Source: a virus. Taken from it: a stretch of DNA of 64,000 nucleotides. The position numbers and the translations under genes were made by a program. The notes below the pieces were generated by a model that saw only the letters and a program-made list of their open reading frames with translations, made no database searches and was not told the origin of the DNA. Location: the IMG/VR virus record IMGVR_UViG_3300005573_000006, positions 27,308 to 91,307 of that record; one strand, written 5' to 3'. This document shows positions 30,701 to 38,340 of the stretch, piece by piece; positions within the stretch are counted from its first letter, which is position 1; the number at the start of each line of letters is the position of its first letter.

Positions 30701-30818
30701 AATATCAAGCGGTTTATATAATAAAAAACCGTTCAGCACAAACTCTGTAGTAATTTTATACGGTCAATATAAAGATAAATTTAAAATATTTAGTTGCGAT
30801 CTAATAGATTCTTTTTAA
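27753..30818 (+). CDS. dnaE: DNA polymerase III alpha subunit
   Basis: HLHVHSMYSLLDG and ALTDHGN PHP domain; GRGSAAGS; PDIDMDF catalytic motif; KMDFLGL; GYGFNRSH; C-terminal OB fold. Confidence 0.97.
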   Translation: MKFTHLHVHSMYSLLDGLPSPISLVEETKKLGMDSIALTDHGNMYGAIEFYKAAKANGIKPILGCEVYITKDMFKKSIKDDNQIYHLTLLAMDNNGYHNLIKLVSESNIHGFYYKPRIDFNLLSKYNEGLICLSGCLGGELSQLLLLKQYSEAAQLAIKYKNLFGDRYYIEIMRHPNNKDQCIVSPELIKLSSMLDIPMVATTDLHYLHKKDIDTHEVFLAINTGKNLDNKDRLSMKDSDIFLASPEEMIKKFKDIPEAINNTQIIADRCNVDIKLGEIKLPKFNVPKGETYDSYLRKLCLNSPKNKNEYSDRLEYELKIIEKTKFASYLLIVWDIIKWAKEHDIMVGPGRGSAAGSIICYLLDITNIDPLKYGLLFERFMNPDRISMPDIDMDFDDTKRDAVIKYVSDKYGQDNVAQIITFGTMFSRSAIRDAGRAMKYDLKTCDRIAKMIPFNSSLADSLNNVKELKKEYEDPKSKKLIDMAMKLEGVVRHVGKHACGVIISDKPITDYMPIQLSKEKSVMSQYDMKIIEDLGLLKMDFLGLRNLSVISECQKLIKKQLGEDVNVNNIPLNDKLTYKLLQEAKTTSVFQLESDGMKKYLKKLKPTNIDDISVLIALYRPGPMNLIPEYIARKHGEKTITYLHPKLEPILKDTYGIMIYQEQLISAVQALAGMTLAQADVLRKAVAKKDAKLLKQQESKFKDGCKQNKISNNVSNTFWNLIEPFIGYGFNRSHSTSYAIIGYQTAYLKANYPVQYMVAEMNSDDKIERITELMPELESIGIKIAPPDINISEQKFVGTGNKILFSLSAIKGMGKKAIETIIEERKNGPYKSIDDFIYRLNGTSITKKTIEILAKSGAFDTFGEWTKRNQISKSAEQIAESIKFKYKDLLPPIIYSSVKTSWKQMVSWEKELLGLYLTTNPALNYAVEIKKHGTIDINRISEYQNKNIKIGGVITDLKKIILKSGRTFYNFRLQDTTGSINLSISSGLYNKKPFSTNSVVILYGQYKDKFKIFSCDLIDSF

Positions 30819-30822
30819 AAAA

Positions 30823-30900
30823 GGGGGACATTCTATAGCGGACTCAAGTGTCCTAGAATAATCCCCAAGGTTTCTTCCTGTCTCACGCGGGCGGAAGAAT
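30823..30900. terminator. Two hairpins at the convergence of dnaE and a small antisense ORF
   Basis: GGGGA.ATTCTA...TAGAAT..TCCCC and TTCTTCC...GGAAGAA inverted repeats. Confidence 0.5.
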
Positions 30901-30924
30901 ACTTCTATTATATCATAAGCATCA

Positions 30925-30981
30925 TTAGTTTACAAGATCATTACCGTTTGGGCAAATAATCGGAAACTTATGAAATATCAT
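30925..30981 (-). CDS. 18-aa peptide MIFHKFPIICPNGNDLVN
   Basis: Minus-strand TTGATA-N17-TATACT promoter with extended TG, then AGGAGGAGG Shine-Dalgarno 5 nt before the ATG. Confidence 0.5.
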   Translation of the reverse strand: MIFHKFPIICPNGNDLVN

Positions 30982-31133
30982 ATTGTCCTCCTCCTATAGT
31001 ATAGCATACATATACACAAGTATCAACCCCTCATCTTCATAAATTACCTAAAACATAAATTTTGTTCGGAAACAAGTTGTTTTTAAATTCCTTCCTTTTC
31101 TCCCAAACGGGGACATAACATTTCAAGCCTTTT

Positions 31134-31355
31134 GTCAAGACTTGTTTTTATCAACAAGTTGTCCACTTCCCCCGCTTGCATTGACTTCTTTTTTATGCTA
31201 TGCTTTGGTTAGGCAATGTTTTGGTTTCTTTACAAAACTTTAAGATATGTTATAACAACAACACACTTTTTATATATGTCAATAAAAAGTTGTCCACTTG
31301 CTTTGGTTTTTACTTTTTGCTATAATTAGATTAGTAAAGTAAAGTTGTCCACATC
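31134..31355 (+). promoter_or_regulatory. Tandem early promoters with three AGTTGTCCAC (DnaA-box-like) repeats
   Basis: TTGCAT-N17-TATGCT (31176-31204), TTGCTT-N17-TATAAT (31298-31326); AGTTGTCCAC at ~31157, 31288 and 31343. Confidence 0.7.
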
Positions 31356-31391
31356 TTTACTTTTAACAAAGATGTGGCGATGTTCATTAAA

Positions 31392-31415
31392 AACTCCATA
31401 AGCGGCGATGGGGTT
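31392..31415 (+). promoter_or_regulatory. 5' leader hairpin (loop AAGCGGCG) containing the SD-like GGGGT
   Basis: AACTCCAT/ATGGGGTT stem ending 5 nt before ATG 31421. Confidence 0.55.
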
Positions 31416-31420
31416 ATAAT

Positions 31421-31780
31421 ATGAGAACCATTAAAACAGCATTAAGATCGGGTTTTGTCAAGACGCAAGCAACAAGAGTCAGAAGCGGTTTTGTTAGGGA
31501 TATCCAAGATCTAGGTTTAGAGGTTGGAGGTGATCCTTGTGTTTTGACTGAAGAAGAGTTTCGAAGTTATGGCTTTTCTGAACGGACTATTAAGAATGGC
31601 CCAAGATATCTATTGAACAATAAAGCAAGCGAGAAAAGAGGCGAGTTTTATGCGGTAGCTCGTGGAGTTGCTACCGGTGAATTAGCTGAAGAGTTGCAAG
31701 TTCCTGAAAATACGCCGGTTATACAAATCGCTAGAGTTGCAACAAAAAAAGAGATCGGGACGCATTTTTTAACCGAGTAG
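31421..31780 (+). CDS. Hypothetical early protein (first gene after the promoter cluster)
   Basis: 119 aa, internal RSGFV repeat. Confidence 0.8.
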   Translation: MRTIKTALRSGFVKTQATRVRSGFVRDIQDLGLEVGGDPCVLTEEEFRSYGFSERTIKNGPRYLLNNKASEKRGEFYAVARGVATGELAEELQVPENTPVIQIARVATKKEIGTHFLTE

Positions 31781-31836
31781 ATATTCCGTAGCTATGAATT
31801 AAACGCCGCTATTCGTAGCTACTAGAATGTTTATTC
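31775..31836 (+). other. Long 3' hairpin, loop TAAACGCCGCT
   Basis: ~24-bp stem including the stop codon; loop complementary to 31401-31407. Confidence 0.65.
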
Positions 31837-31887
31837 TATTAACTCATCGGAGGTCGGGATGAGTTTTTGAACCAGTAAATTAAAAAC

Positions 31888-32052
31888 ATGGTCAAAATTG
31901 CTATTGAAAAATACAGTAAAAACTTATACCGTGGAATTGGAATTGTAAATGGATTACCGATTATAATTTTTGGAAGCAGTTTCATGAATGTCATTACAAA
32001 AGCCTTGTATGAATATATGAAAAGACGAGCATTTTTTACTGAAGAATGCTAG
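31888..32052 (+). CDS. Small hypothetical protein (54 aa)
   Basis: MVKIAIEKYSKNLYRGIG..., below the ORF-track length cutoff. Confidence 0.5.
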   Translation: MVKIAIEKYSKNLYRGIGIVNGLPIIIFGSSFMNVITKALYEYMKRRAFFTEEC

Positions 32053-32060
32053 TATAAATT

Positions 32061-32089
32061 GAAGGATCTTATTAAAGGTCCTTCTTTTA
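32061..32089 (+). terminator. Rho-independent terminator
   Basis: GAAGGATCT/AGGTCCTTC stem followed by a T tract. Confidence 0.6.
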
Positions 32090-32093
32090 TTAT

Positions 32094-32282
32094 ATGATCA
32101 AAATAAATAAGAAAATCGCACTTTTTGATAAACCAAAAGACATTTTAGAAGTTATTATGATCAAAAGAAAATATAGATTAAAAGAAATAAAAAAAGAAGG
32201 AAATATAATTACAAAAACATATATGAAGGGCCGGAGATATTGGAAAATAAGCTATCCAGATAACTATATTGGTCAAATATGA
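32094..32282 (+). CDS. Hypothetical protein
   Basis: ORF in the early-gene array. Confidence 0.55.
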   Translation: MIKINKKIALFDKPKDILEVIMIKRKYRLKEIKKEGNIITKTYMKGRRYWKISYPDNYIGQI

Positions 32283-32385
32283 AGATGATTATAGAATTAA
32301 CCGCACTTTTGCGGAGATTTAACCATTATTTGTATATATTATTCCATCAAAAAGACATATAGAAGAAAATAAGAAGGGGGGTATT

Positions 32386-32538
32386 ATGAATAAAAAGAAG
32401 AAGAAAAATAGACAGTATATAGCATGTATTTGGTGCGGAAAAGACATAAATAAGAAATATGCCAAATACTATTCAGATAAATGTAGAAGTGAAGCGTTGG
32501 GACAAAAGTTAGAAGGGAGGTGTTATTATGAGCAATAG
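32386..32538 (+). CDS. Small Zn-finger-like protein
   Basis: G-rich SD; CIWCG...YYSDKC. Confidence 0.5.
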   Translation: MNKKKKKNRQYIACIWCGKDINKKYAKYYSDKCRSEALGQKLEGRCYYEQ

Positions 32539-32779
32539 AGATAAAAGACCAAAAAGATCAAAATATATTAAGTGCCCGCTTTGCGGGGAGAAGTTAGACA
32601 GTATAATGGAATGGGTAAATACCACGATCGGATATGAAAGAGATTTAAAGACCGGAGATATTCTTCATACAAGAGAAGGAGATTATAGCGATTTTGAGGC
32701 TTATAGTTGCCCGGAATGCGGAGAAGATTTAGATGAAAAAACATGTAAAAAGATAAATAAAATGTTATGGGGTATTTAG
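32528..32779 (+). CDS. Zn-ribbon protein
   Basis: CPLCG...CPECG; GGAGGT SD. Confidence 0.75.
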   Translation: MSNRDKRPKRSKYIKCPLCGEKLDSIMEWVNTTIGYERDLKTGDILHTREGDYSDFEAYSCPECGEDLDEKTCKKINKMLWGI

Positions 32780-32793
32780 AAAGGAGGTGAAAT

Positions 32794-32988
32794 ATGAAAA
32801 AGCCAAAAGCCGTATTTGTAAAACAAAATAATGGAGGTTCGTATAAGTTAGAAATATATCTTGTGGAGAATGCCACGGATGAACAAAATGCATGGGTCGA
32901 TGCACAAGGAAAAATAGTATATGATTATGAATTAAATGGCGTTAAAGCCGATCTAAAAAAAGACGGATTTAATGTTGTTGTAAAATGA
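32794..32988 (+). CDS. Hypothetical protein
   Basis: AGGAGGTG SD. Confidence 0.7.
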   Translation: MKKPKAVFVKQNNGGSYKLEIYLVENATDEQNAWVDAQGKIVYDYELNGVKADLKKDGFNVVVK

Positions 32989-33161
32989 GACAATTAACAT
33001 CCGCACAAAAGAAGTTATTAGACAAAACATTGAAAAATAATCCAGAAATAAGAGAATGTGATGATTTACCAGATGAAGTTTGGGATATGATAGTAGAGCT
33101 TAATGATACCGAGATATTATATGATGAGGTTAATAAATATATCAGACAAAAAGATTTATAA
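32985..33161 (+). CDS. Small hypothetical protein (58 aa)
   Basis: ATGA overlap with the upstream stop; MRQLTSAQKKLL... Confidence 0.6.
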   Translation: MRQLTSAQKKLLDKTLKNNPEIRECDDLPDEVWDMIVELNDTEILYDEVNKYIRQKDL

Positions 33162-33211
33162 ATGAACTTTGATAACTGAATACATTTTAAGGAATATAGG
33201 GGCAAAATAAA

Positions 33212-33406
33212 ATGAGCAAAATATATTGTATTGAGCTAAGCAAGGATGAAGAATTAATGGCAGAAGATATGGGGTTAGAAGATTTTATAGAAACAGATGA
33301 AGATGAAAGAATCTTCTGCCGTAAATGCGGGAAGGATATAACAGATGAAGGATTATCAGAAGATATTTGCCGCAAATGTGGGCTAGAAATGGGGGTTTAT
33401 GACTAA
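33212..33406 (+). CDS. Acidic Zn-finger protein
   Basis: Two CRKCG motifs. Confidence 0.7.
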   Translation: MSKIYCIELSKDEELMAEDMGLEDFIETDEDERIFCRKCGKDITDEGLSEDICRKCGLEMGVYD

Positions 33407-33623
33407 AAAAGACTTTATTAAAATTGCGGAGATTATTAAGAGTATAATTGGACAACTTGGAAGAGTAAATGTTAAGACCGAAGATGGAAATACTATTGAA
33501 GATATATCCGAGTTTATTATTGATGAGTTTGCTTATGGTTTAGAAGATACAAATGAAAGGTTTGATGAAAATAAGTTCAGAAAATATATCTATAAAGATA
33601 ATAAGTATTACGAAGGTCAATAA
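33399..33623 (+). CDS. Hypothetical phage protein (MTKKDF...RFDENKF family)
   Basis: MTKKDFIKIAEII and NERFDENKF pattern seen in small early phage proteins. Confidence 0.7.
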   Translation: MTKKDFIKIAEIIKSIIGQLGRVNVKTEDGNTIEDISEFIIDEFAYGLEDTNERFDENKFRKYIYKDNKYYEGQ

Positions 33624-33804
33624 TATGGTTTAATAGTTCCTATACTTTAAGATGTATTCAGTAATTAGTGTTTATTATGAAGATATTATTTATATTTTTA
33701 GTTATACTATCCGCCATTTTTGTGTGGACATTCTATAATATATTTTGGGTTTCTGATATTCGGAATATATGTTTGCCAAGAATGGAAGATTGTAGTAAAT
33801 AAAT

Positions 33805-33963
33805 ATGAAAAACCAAAAAAAGACAAATAAACATAAAAACCAGCGAAAAAAAATGACAGAAGAGTTTTATGAGGGCAAAGAAACTTTATGCGGAAATTGT
33901 GGACGAATAGCAACATGGAAGTATGGAGATATTCATAGATGTAATAAATGTATGGGACTATGA
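33805..33963 (+). CDS. Small Zn-finger protein
   Basis: CGNCG...CNKC. Confidence 0.5.
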   Translation: MKNQKKTNKHKNQRKKMTEEFYEGKETLCGNCGRIATWKYGDIHRCNKCMGL

Positions 33964-34151
33964 CACATAAAAAAGAATGGACAATAAATATAATACTAAT
34001 TATTTTATCATTTATAATAGTTTTTGGGTTTCTCAAATGGCAAATAGAAGAAAATAAGGGATTTTGTTTAAAGATTATGAGCGGATATTTTATGTCAACT
34101 AATAAAGATTTAGAAGAGTACCAAAAATATATGAAATATTATAATAAATAG
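33960..34151 (+). CDS. Small membrane protein
   Basis: Hydrophobic segment INIILIILSFIIVFGFL; ATGA overlap. Confidence 0.6.
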   Translation: MTHKKEWTINIILIILSFIIVFGFLKWQIEENKGFCLKIMSGYFMSTNKDLEEYQKYMKYYNK

Positions 34152-34165
34152 AAAGGAGGTGAAAT

Positions 34166-34339
34166 ATGAAAAAATATAGTGTTTCTTGGAGTGAAAAACA
34201 TACATTGCCGGGTATAGAAGCGAATTCTCCAGAAGAGGCAATAGAAAAAGTCCAAAACGGAGAAATAACGGAAGAGTCCGAGAATGGAGATGTTATTGAG
34301 CTAGTTGATGGGCCCGAGGCCGTAGAAGAAGGTATATAA
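34166..34339 (+). CDS. Small acidic protein (EAxSxEEA motif)
   Basis: AGGAGGTG SD; IEANSPEEAIEKV. Confidence 0.7.
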   Translation: MKKYSVSWSEKHTLPGIEANSPEEAIEKVQNGEITEESENGDVIELVDGPEAVEEGI

Positions 34340-34341
34340 TA

Positions 34342-34359
34342 ACACAAGCGGCCATGTGT
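34342..34359 (+). promoter_or_regulatory. 5' leader hairpin, loop AGCGGCCA
   Basis: ACACA/TGTGT stem ending 10 nt before ATG 34370. Confidence 0.5.
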
Positions 34360-34369
34360 ATTTTTACAA

Positions 34370-34624
34370 ATGAAAACAGTCCGTTTTAAGATAGCAGATG
34401 TATTTGAAGTAGAAGTAGAAAACGATGCAACACAAGACGAAATAGACGCAGCAGTTGATGCGGAACTAAAAAAATTAGCAGAAGCCCCATTTTTTCTGGA
34501 AAATGCAGAAGTTGAGTTTGTAGACGAAGAAGAAAATGAAGAAGAAAATTACGAAGATTTATCAGTCGAAGACCTAGATGAAAATTCCTCAGAAGAGAAT
34601 TTAGAAGAAGATACAGAGGAATAA
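34370..34624 (+). CDS. Highly acidic small protein
   Basis: 84 aa with a Glu/Asp-rich C-terminal tail. Confidence 0.8.
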   Translation: MKTVRFKIADVFEVEVENDATQDEIDAAVDAELKKLAEAPFFLENAEVEFVDEEENEEENYEDLSVEDLDENSSEENLEEDTEE

Positions 34625-34627
34625 ATT

Positions 34628-34676
34628 ACCGTGAGTTGCCATGATATTTGGCCGCATGTCGTGGCAACAATTCGGT
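34628..34676 (+). other. Long 3' hairpin, loop TTTGGCCGCA
   Basis: GTTGCCATGATA/TGTCGTGGCAAC stem; loop complementary to 34348-34354. Confidence 0.65.
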
Positions 34677-34689
34677 TATTTATTATAAT

Positions 34690-35262
34690 ATGAAAAAGGT
34701 TCATAATAAAATAGAAAAAAATATAATGGAAAAAGAATTTGTTTGTAACCGGATGCCTATTTGTGCAGTGGCCGGATATGTAATAGCAAAAAGAGCCAAA
34801 TATAATGATAATTTATCAAAATCATTGGGAATGGCATTGGCCACTAAATTAGCAATTTGGAAGAATGCCGGATGGGGATACGGAGTTTCAACGAATAAAC
34901 ATTATGGAGCCGGAAGAGTAAGTGAACAACAATTATCTAATGAAGATAAATTAAATGCCGGTTTAGTTGATGAAATAGATTTTTGTGGTGAAAACTTTTT
35001 GGTAAAAGACAATTTAGTAGTGGGAGAACTACATGTAAAAAAAGAATTTAATTGTTCACCAGATAAATTTGATTTTCAAGTCCATAAAATAGAAAGCGGT
35101 GGTGGTAATTTTAAGAAGTTAGTAGAAGCAATCAATGAAAAATTAGATAGTGAAGAGTGGAAAAATTATGATTTAAGCAAGGCGGTATTTGGTAAATCTT
35201 TTATGAGATTTTGGAAACAAATTAGAGATGACTTTCGTAAAACAGAATTTTATCATGAATAA
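34690..35262 (+). CDS. Hypothetical protein
   Basis: Likely start 34690 or 34726. Confidence 0.75.
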   Translation: MKKVHNKIEKNIMEKEFVCNRMPICAVAGYVIAKRAKYNDNLSKSLGMALATKLAIWKNAGWGYGVSTNKHYGAGRVSEQQLSNEDKLNAGLVDEIDFCGENFLVKDNLVVGELHVKKEFNCSPDKFDFQVHKIESGGGNFKKLVEAINEKLDSEEWKNYDLSKAVFGKSFMRFWKQIRDDFRKTEFYHE

Positions 35263-35497
35263 CTTATATGATAAAGACGATATTGAAGAAGTAATACTTA
35301 ATAACTATATAATGCTTTTAACCAGAGCGTTTACATTAAAACCGATCAAAGTAACAAAAACAGATCATAAAAAAAGAAAAAAGTATTACCACGAATATTA
35401 TTTAAGAAGAAAAAAAGATCCAGATTTTGTTATGAAAAGAAGAATGAGAACAAGAAGATGGTATAAAAATAATAAAAAACATAAACTAAACAATTAA
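35255..35497 (+). CDS. Basic hypothetical protein
   Basis: K/R/Y-rich C-terminus. Confidence 0.6.
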   Translation: MNNLYDKDDIEEVILNNYIMLLTRAFTLKPIKVTKTDHKKRKKYYHEYYLRRKKDPDFVMKRRMRTRRWYKNNKKHKLNN

Positions 35498-35526
35498 CCG
35501 CTACGGTGAATGTTTATATATTTATT

Positions 35527-35838
35527 ATGAGCAAAATAAAAAAAAGAGCCTTGCTAATAAAAGAATTAAAAGAAAGGCATATTGATCTTGAATTTTGGTG
35601 GAGATTTATAAATGAAATAAACGAAGCAATGAATTTTTGTGATTTAAGGCCAATGTTAATGAATACAGAAGGAGGACCACTGGTTTTATATGATATTGTA
35701 AAAATAGGAAAACCAATAATTCTTAAATATACAATGGAAAGAAATTTTGATAGTTTAGAAGACCTGGCAGATTATTTGCTATATCTTGATCAACAAGGAA
35801 GAATAATCAAAAATAAAATAATATTTAAACGAAACTAA
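35527..35838 (+). CDS. Hypothetical protein
   Basis: Coupled to the next gene (TAATG). Confidence 0.65.
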   Translation: MSKIKKRALLIKELKERHIDLEFWWRFINEINEAMNFCDLRPMLMNTEGGPLVLYDIVKIGKPIILKYTMERNFDSLEDLADYLLYLDQQGRIIKNKIIFKRN

Positions 35839-36134
35839 TGGACAACAAATATACATACACAATAAGAGGCAAATGTCTATTTTGCAAGTGTCCAAACACG
35901 ATGGTAAATATAGACGGATACTGCGAAACTTGTCAAAAAGAAATAGACGAAAAGATGTCCAACGGAGGACTAGATTTTAAGGTTACAGTTCCTGGTAGTA
36001 TATTGAAGGTTCATGCAAATAGCCGTAAAGAGGCTATAGATATGGCTATAAAAATATGGGAAGAAGAGATTAAAAAAGCTCAGGAAGACAAAACAATTTA
36101 TGCAATAAAAGATTTAGTAAAAATATTAAAATGA
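35838..36134 (+). CDS. Zn finger plus xAxSxxEA-motif protein
   Basis: CLFC...CETC; VHANSRKEAIDMA. Confidence 0.65.
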   Translation: MDNKYTYTIRGKCLFCKCPNTMVNIDGYCETCQKEIDEKMSNGGLDFKVTVPGSILKVHANSRKEAIDMAIKIWEEEIKKAQEDKTIYAIKDLVKILK

Positions 36135-36310
36135 AAAAATATCGCAAGATAACGGTTTATTTTAAGTCTAGACAAAATCCGAAAATAAAATATAAGGTTG
36201 AAAGGTTCCGTAACGGAGCCATTTTTTGTTCTTGTCCCGGATTTAAGTTCACACATTATAATGGACAAGTTTGTTTTCATGTAAAAAGAGCAAAACATTG
36301 GAAAAAATAG
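36131..36310 (+). CDS. SWIM zinc-finger protein (59 aa)
   Basis: YKV...CSCPGF...CFHV SWIM signature; ATGA overlap; below the ORF-track cutoff. Confidence 0.75.
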   Translation: MKKYRKITVYFKSRQNPKIKYKVERFRNGAIFCSCPGFKFTHYNGQVCFHVKRAKHWKK

Positions 36311-36327
36311 AAAGGACAAATAATAAT

Positions 36328-36519
36328 ATGGACAAATGGTATATAATTAAAGACGGATCCGAATATGTGGTAAAATATAAAGATAAAAATGACGGAAAAC
36401 TTTACCATATATCTCCGTTTTTTAAATCAAGACTCATGGCTATTATTCATGCATATATTAGTCGTCGGGTTCTTAGGTCGAAAGGACTTGATGTAAAAAT
36501 AATAAAATATTGCATATGA
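36328..36519 (+). CDS. Hypothetical protein
   Basis: Likely start MDKWY after AAGGA. Confidence 0.55.
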   Translation: MDKWYIIKDGSEYVVKYKDKNDGKLYHISPFFKSRLMAIIHAYISRRVLRSKGLDVKIIKYCI

Positions 36520-36722
36520 ACTATCCAAAAATAAAAAAGTATATAGAAATTACTTATCCTGAAAAAATAAGAGAACTAATAGATTATTTAGATTCTTTAG
36601 AATTTGAAAAAGATGTAAAAAAGATATTACAGGATCAGTATAAAGTTAATGAACCATTATCTGAAGAATTCGCCGCGACCTGCTGTATTGACAGAAGGGC
36701 AGACGAAATTTCAGATTTTTAG
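36516..36722 (+). CDS. Hypothetical protein
   Basis: ATGA overlap. Confidence 0.55.
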   Translation: MNYPKIKKYIEITYPEKIRELIDYLDSLEFEKDVKKILQDQYKVNEPLSEEFAATCCIDRRADEISDF

Positions 36723-36725
36723 AAT

Positions 36726-37796
36726 ATGCCATCAAATAAACTAATATACGAAAAAATAAATCTTGGAGCTGATCCCGAGCTTTTTATAGCAAATAAAAAG
36801 GGCGTTATTGGATCAGAAAAATTATTACCAAAAGAAGGTATATTAACAGAAGGAGGCAAAATAATAAGAGATGGTGTTCAACTAGAAATTAATCCACAAG
36901 CGGCCACATGCAGAGAGATTTTAGCAAGAAATATTAAAGACTGTTTTCTGACAATAAGAAGACAACTTGCAAAAAAAGAATTGTTATATATAAACTTTAA
37001 AGAAGTTGTAGAAGTTTCAGAAAAAGAAATGAAAACATTAAGTGAGGATTCAAAAGTATTTGGATGTGCTCCAAGCAATAATATTTATACCGGGAAAAGT
37101 ATAATCAAAGTTGATCCAAGAGTTTATAGATACAGAAGTGCAGGTGGACATATACATCTAGGAAAATGGACCGAAAAAATGATTGGGGTATACGAAGAAC
37201 TCAGTAAAATACAAACGGCCATAAACAAGGCATTAGAAGATCCAAAAAGAACAGTGCCAATGTTGGATTTAATAGTTGGAAACACTTGTGTATTAGTTGA
37301 CAGAGATCCATTGGCAAAAGAAAGAAGAAAAGTATATGGTAAAGCAGGAGAATTTAGAACTCCGCCACACGGAATAGAATATAGAACGCTGTCTAATTTT
37401 TGGTTAAAAAGTTACCCGTTAATGTCGTTTGTAATGGGGTTGGCAAGACTAGCAGTATTAATTGTGGCCAATGATAAAGATAAAAAATTAATGTCTGAAG
37501 TAAAAATAGAAAATGTGGCAAAAGCTATAAATGAAAATGATTTTGAACTGGCTTATAAAAACTTTAAGAAGATAGAAAAACCGCTTTTAGATATGATTCC
37601 CGAAGATTATGATAATAATATTCCGCTTGCAAGCACAACAATAAAAGAGTTCAAACATTTTCTGACAAAAGACTTATCAGACTGGTTTAAAACAGATCCA
37701 ATGGATCATTGGTGTAATTTAGATATTGGAGATGCTAATAGTTATGGATGGGAGAACTTTTTAAAGATAAAAGTTCATGATGATATGATGAAATAA
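36726..37796 (+). CDS. phiEco32-like COOH-NH2 ligase (type 2 amidoligase)
   Basis: LGADPELF, DGVQLEINP, FGCAPS, RSAGGHIHLG, RRKVYGKAGEFR, GIEYRTLSNFW. Confidence 0.9.
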   Translation: MPSNKLIYEKINLGADPELFIANKKGVIGSEKLLPKEGILTEGGKIIRDGVQLEINPQAATCREILARNIKDCFLTIRRQLAKKELLYINFKEVVEVSEKEMKTLSEDSKVFGCAPSNNIYTGKSIIKVDPRVYRYRSAGGHIHLGKWTEKMIGVYEELSKIQTAINKALEDPKRTVPMLDLIVGNTCVLVDRDPLAKERRKVYGKAGEFRTPPHGIEYRTLSNFWLKSYPLMSFVMGLARLAVLIVANDKDKKLMSEVKIENVAKAINENDFELAYKNFKKIEKPLLDMIPEDYDNNIPLASTTIKEFKHFLTKDLSDWFKTDPMDHWCNLDIGDANSYGWENFLKIKVHDDMMK

Positions 37797-37857
37797 ACCC
37801 ACTTTTCAATTTTAGAGACAAACATCAACTTGTGCAGATGCGAATGCACAAATAAAT

Positions 37858-38208
37858 ATGGATATAAACGGACTTGATTGTTGTGGAATTGTAGAAATAA
37901 ACGGATTAAGTAATACCAGCCCCAAAAATGCACTCATAGAAATATGTATAGATAGTAATATAGATGAAAATGCAGGAGTAAATTTTGCATTTGTTCTTTT
38001 TACGGGAGTTGTTAAACATGGATATGGACAAAGATTCAAAAAATATTTATTAGAACATAGACTCGGTAATGTTATTGAAACAAGGACAAAAATAAATCCG
38101 AACTCTGGAAACGAAATAAGGGCATGGATTTGGGAAATAGACCAGAAGGCATTAAGTCGCTGGTATGAAAAAAATAAACCAAAAAATTACGAAGAAAACA
38201 ATTGGTGA
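37858..38208 (+). CDS. Hypothetical protein (CCG motif; NPNSGN)
   Basis: 116 aa, preceded by a hairpin (TTGTGCA/TGCACAA). Confidence 0.7.
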   Translation: MDINGLDCCGIVEINGLSNTSPKNALIEICIDSNIDENAGVNFAFVLFTGVVKHGYGQRFKKYLLEHRLGNVIETRTKINPNSGNEIRAWIWEIDQKALSRWYEKNKPKNYEENNW

Positions 38209-38340
38209 AAAGATAACAAAACAAAGATTTTTGTGTTAAGGTATTGTGGTAGCACCCCACATTTTATAAGTGCGTTTTGACAGAAAAATTAGGGGGTCTC
38301 CAGTATGTATAAAGAGAATAGCAAAAGACACATTCAACGC

